Positions 60,916-64,000 of a stretch of DNA of 64,000 bases are shown here, in pieces. Where the stretch lies: positions 1-64,000 of the forward strand of contig JBEKWR010000005.1 of NCBI GenBank assembly GCA_049512935.1. The letters run 5' to 3'. Source of the stretch: Candidatus Bathyarchaeia archaeon. GTDB lineage: Archaea > Thermoproteota > Bathyarchaeia > Bathyarchaeales > Bathycorpusculaceae. The notes beneath the pieces are model-generated. The model was not told where the DNA came from and ran no database searches. It worked only from the letters and a program-made list of their open reading frames with translations. The stretch's first letter is position 1, and each line of letters starts with the position of its first letter. The position numbers were made by a program, and so were the translations under genes.

Positions 60916-61473
60916 TTATTTTTCATCCTCCGTTTTGTCTTCTAATTCTAACATTTTCCTTCTTTTTTCTATATAATCTAATTCTTGTCTAATATTTAGA
61001 CCATCAAAGGTTAAACCGAAATCCTGTCCATCTCGAAGGCGAGTTATCGCTCTGTTTAATGCCTCTCGAAGAACATCATGGTCATAGGATTCAAATTGTC
61101 TAAAACTAGGTTCAACCCATTCGCCGCTATGATGCGACTTAGGTAAAACGAAATAAAATCCATCCTTATGTAATTTTCCAATTGCATATTGCCAACTGTT
61201 TTCGTCTCTTACGGTTGTAGGAATATGTACGTAACTCAGAAAACGTTTTGAATCGTTCGAATATGCTCTTATTGTTTGATATACGTTATAATATTCCGTA
61301 TCAAAATCATTTGCAAGGTCTCTTATTCTAAAACTTTGTATGTTCGGAGGATGTTTACGCAAATAAATGGTAAGTAGGTAATAATACCTACTACATCTCC
61401 TAGTTGTGCGCAGATTTTTTGGTACATTTTCCCAAGGACAATTCCTATAGACATCATAGGGAGTTTTTGGCAA
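60916..61473 (-). CDS. hypothetical protein, possible HTH (cargo)
   Basis: 185 aa; FRIRDLANDFDTEYYNVYQTI resembles a helix-turn-helix. Confidence 0.6.
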   Translation of the reverse strand: MPKTPYDVYRNCPWENVPKNLRTTRRCSRYYYLLTIYLRKHPPNIQSFRIRDLANDFDTEYYNVYQTIRAYSNDSKRFLSYVHIPTTVRDENSWQYAIGKLHKDGFYFVLPKSHHSGEWVEPSFRQFESYDHDVLREALNRAITRLRDGQDFGLTFDGLNIRQELDYIEKRRKMLELEDKTEDEK

Positions 61474-61481
61474 TTAAGCAC

Positions 61482-62525
61482 TCACGTGTCTAACACTTTC
61501 ACATTTCCCAACTTTCTTAACAGTTCACCAATTCTGTTTTGAAGGCGGGTTAATAGTGTTAGCATCTCTTCCTTTTGCTTCGCATTTAACTCATTTAAAG
61601 CGTCAGGGTTTATACTGAGCAACTCATTAGAAGGGTTTCTGACCTTATCAATTAACCATTGACCCTGAACAACAAACTGCCTTTCAACAAAAGCTTCTTT
61701 CCCTTCTTCCCGTGAACGCTTAATATCATGAACTCTTGCAGTTACTTCATCTTCTGTCAGACGAAGTTGAACTGCTTCTTTAAGAACTTCTTCTTGGTCC
61801 TCTTTTGAAGGTAATTTTTCGACAATTGTCTCTGCCATTTTCGGCGTAATATGAGACTTTGGTTTCAGCAATTCTCTCTTAACCGATTCTGAAGCTTTCT
61901 TAACAACTTTAGAAACTACATAAACATCTCGTGCTTTTATTTCGTCAGCATCCACTTTTTCAATAATTCGTCTCCTAACCGCTGGTTCAAGTCCCTTAGA
62001 TTCTTTAATAACATATGTAGATGCTGATGCCACCGCGGTGGCATCTTTTTCTTTATGTCTAAAATCCCAAGCCTCAAGGTCATTATCTACTCTGTCAACC
62101 GTTGTTCCTAAAAGCTGAGCAAAGTTTGCTTTCTGCTCCACACCTAACGTCTTTCTCTTTTCCCATAAATCGTGGACTGCATTTTCTCTTTCTCTGTCGC
62201 TCAAGTCTAGTCTATGCAAATTCTCAACTAATGATTCAAGTAAGATCCTATTTTCCACGACATCTTTGACCACGGCAGGAATTGTTTTTACGTTTGCCAT
62301 TCGTGTGGCTCGCCAACGCCTTTCCCCCGCAATTATCTCATAATTGGCTCCATGTTTTCGGACAACAATGGGCTGGATAATTCCGCCATGTTTAATGGAC
62401 TCAGAAAGTTCTTGAAGGGATTCCTTTTCAAATTGTTCTCTCGGCTGGAATGGGTTTGGGCGGATTTGGTCAACATCAATATACTCTAATTTCATTCGAT
62501 TTTCCGTCATTTTTATTTTCTCCAA
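61482..62525 (-). CDS. ParB/RepB/Spo0J-family protein
   Basis: PNPFQPR, LSESIK.GGIIQPIVVR, IIAGERRWRA and ENLHR.DL motifs; HTH region; long helical C-terminus. Confidence 0.92.
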   Translation of the reverse strand: MEKIKMTENRMKLEYIDVDQIRPNPFQPREQFEKESLQELSESIKHGGIIQPIVVRKHGANYEIIAGERRWRATRMANVKTIPAVVKDVVENRILLESLVENLHRLDLSDRERENAVHDLWEKRKTLGVEQKANFAQLLGTTVDRVDNDLEAWDFRHKEKDATAVASASTYVIKESKGLEPAVRRRIIEKVDADEIKARDVYVVSKVVKKASESVKRELLKPKSHITPKMAETIVEKLPSKEDQEEVLKEAVQLRLTEDEVTARVHDIKRSREEGKEAFVERQFVVQGQWLIDKVRNPSNELLSINPDALNELNAKQKEEMLTLLTRLQNRIGELLRKLGNVKVLDT

Positions 62526-62694
62526 TGATTACTCAATAAGAGTTTGGTGCCTTTAATTTTTGCGTTTAGTCGTTAACTTCTTTGGAAGTAAGTATTATAT
62601 AAAATCTAGCAAAGGTGAAAGTGTTTTTTGGTATCCTCAGGATATACTAAAAGCATACACTGTGGTATACATTAGGATACCTGAGGAATACCAA

Positions 62695-63606
62695 ATGAAC
62701 TGTAAATACTGCCAAAGCGAAAACGTCACAAAGAAAGGCTTTGTAAAAGGCAAGCAACTTTACAAGTGCAAAGAATGCGGGAAACGCTTCTTTGAGAACG
62801 GCAAGTTCGCCAAGATGAGAACTGACAAGCGCATAATTGTGGCAGCCTTAAACTTCTATTATGATGGCTTAAGCCTAAGGAAAGCAGAACGGAACATACA
62901 GCAAATCTTTGGCGAAACAGTAACTCAAGTTACAATTCTGAATTGGATAAAGAAATACTTAGCACTTGTTAAGGAATTTGTCACCGCTCAAGTTCCACAA
63001 CTCTCAGGCATGTGGCATGAAGACGAAACCATGTTAGGCGTAGAAGGTCGTAATATATGGTTCTGAGAAATGATAGACGAAGACACAAAATTCATGGTTG
63101 CTTCTCACATTTCAAACACAAGAACCTTCGAGAATACAGTTGCAATCTTCAAGAAAGGATTCCAGCAAAGCAAGGTGAAGCCGAGAGCCGTCTTTGTGGA
63201 TGGATGCAACGCTTACCAAGCAGCATTCAATAATGTATTCTACACCATGCGAAAAGACACACGTCCCGAATTAGTTCAAAGAGTTGGCATAAGAGCAAGA
63301 GAGACAAACAATGTAGTTGAGCGTCTGCATGGTACACTCAAAGACAGAACACGGTGTATGAGGGGCTTACACAGCTATGAATCAACAAAACTCTTACTCG
63401 AAGGTTGGAGTGTCCACTACAACTGCGTTAGACCTCACCAAACACTAGGCGGTGAGACACCAGCGCAGGCAGCAAGAATGGAAATCCCCAATACTTGGAA
63501 AGGCTTGATTGACGAAGCAACAAAGCATGAAGCCCAACTCTTAGCCAACGCAACCAAAGCCAACCCACAAACAAACGCTCAAGAAATCGAGGCGAAAGCA
63601 CAATGA
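62695..63606 (+). pseudogene. IS6-like DDE transposase with N-terminal zinc finger, disrupted by an in-frame TGA
   Basis: CKYC...CKEC, GLSLRK, WHEDET, then WF-TGA(63064-63066)-EMIDEDTKF, FVDG..AY, NNVVERLH, HYNCVRPHQTL..TPAQ; the two tracked ORFs share one frame. Confidence 0.85.
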
Positions 63607-63751
63607 AAAAAGTACTAGTGCTTTACCCGAAGGAATAGTTAACCTGTTAGACGATGAACTAGCGGGAAAACTTTGACGGCAGAAGCGACACATTAAGAAC
63701 TATAATCATGAATTGGCTAGGAGAAAAGGGCTATTTGACAAAGATAGGTGA
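63603..63751 (+). pseudogene. frameshifted CopG/RHH-like small gene
   Basis: Pieces MKKVLV / LPEGIVNLLDDELAGKL / DGRSDTLRTIIMNWLGEKGYL join across two frameshifts. Confidence 0.45.
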
Positions 63752-63756
63752 GCCAT

Positions 63757-63899
63757 GTGAATAAAACTAAGAAAGAGCTTGAAGAAGAGGTTGATTTACT
63801 CAGCACAATGCTTGAAAGCCTAGTTGAACTATTAGAAAGAAAGGCATATTGACGCAAGCCGAATGGGAGAAAAGAATCAAAGAACGAGTAAAAGTTTGA
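63757..63899 (+). pseudogene. frameshifted small helical gene
   Basis: VNKTKKELEEEVDLLSTMLESLVELLE / KGILTQAEWEKRIKERVKV joins across one frameshift. Confidence 0.45.
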
Positions 63900-64000
63900 A
63901 ATCGCTAAGATACCCTAATGTTATGAGCTATAGATTCTAGCTTTTTCATTGAGACAGTATCGACCCCTTCTTTAGTCTGTAAATACTTCTTGACTTTTTC

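Larger units (their letters stand above)
60279..63963. mobile_element. decayed IS6-like transposon with cargo genes
   Basis: Perfect 10-bp inverted repeats TCGATACTGT (60279-60288) and ACAGTATCGA (63954-63963) enclose an AT-rich block with a DDE transposase and a ParB cassette. Confidence 0.72.

Noticed and set aside
63064-63066. In-frame TGA in the transposase as selenocysteine or recoding
   Set aside because: The position fits a Trp codon (TGG to TGA) and neighbouring genes are frameshifted, so this is ordinary decay

Overview
Archaeal chromosomal window; the gene repertoire and protein style suggest Bathyarchaeia, which is my inference and not a database result. Core content: two tRNAs (Leu-TAG, Thr-GGT), a GT2/PMT/GT-C protein-glycosylation cluster, the complete pentose-bisphosphate nucleoside pathway (R15P isomerase, form III RuBisCO, AMP phosphorylase), NfnAB with an unusual tandem ferredoxin-MvhD partner, a rearranged A/V-type ATP synthase locus with an inverted atpI, and the argG-argH-carA-carB and thrC-hom-lysC operons. 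Accessory blocks: a region downstream of tRNA-Leu; a ~0.7 kb toxin-antitoxin islet bounded by tRNA-Thr direct repeats; an array of secreted PEF-CTERM-like paralogs, three preceded by a 55-bp AGTCAA/TTGACT element; a 42.6-47.3 kb island with a DprA+PRTase pair; and a decayed ~3.7 kb IS6-like transposon carrying a ParB cassette. The most unusual non-coding signals are (i) a 26-bp motif found three times, each at an accessory/core junction in the same relative orientation, two copies carrying helically phased 10-bp arrays, and (ii) the 55-bp element that both precedes and overlaps the ends of the surface-protein genes. No CRISPR array or rRNA was seen. All calls come from reading motifs by eye; no searches were run.
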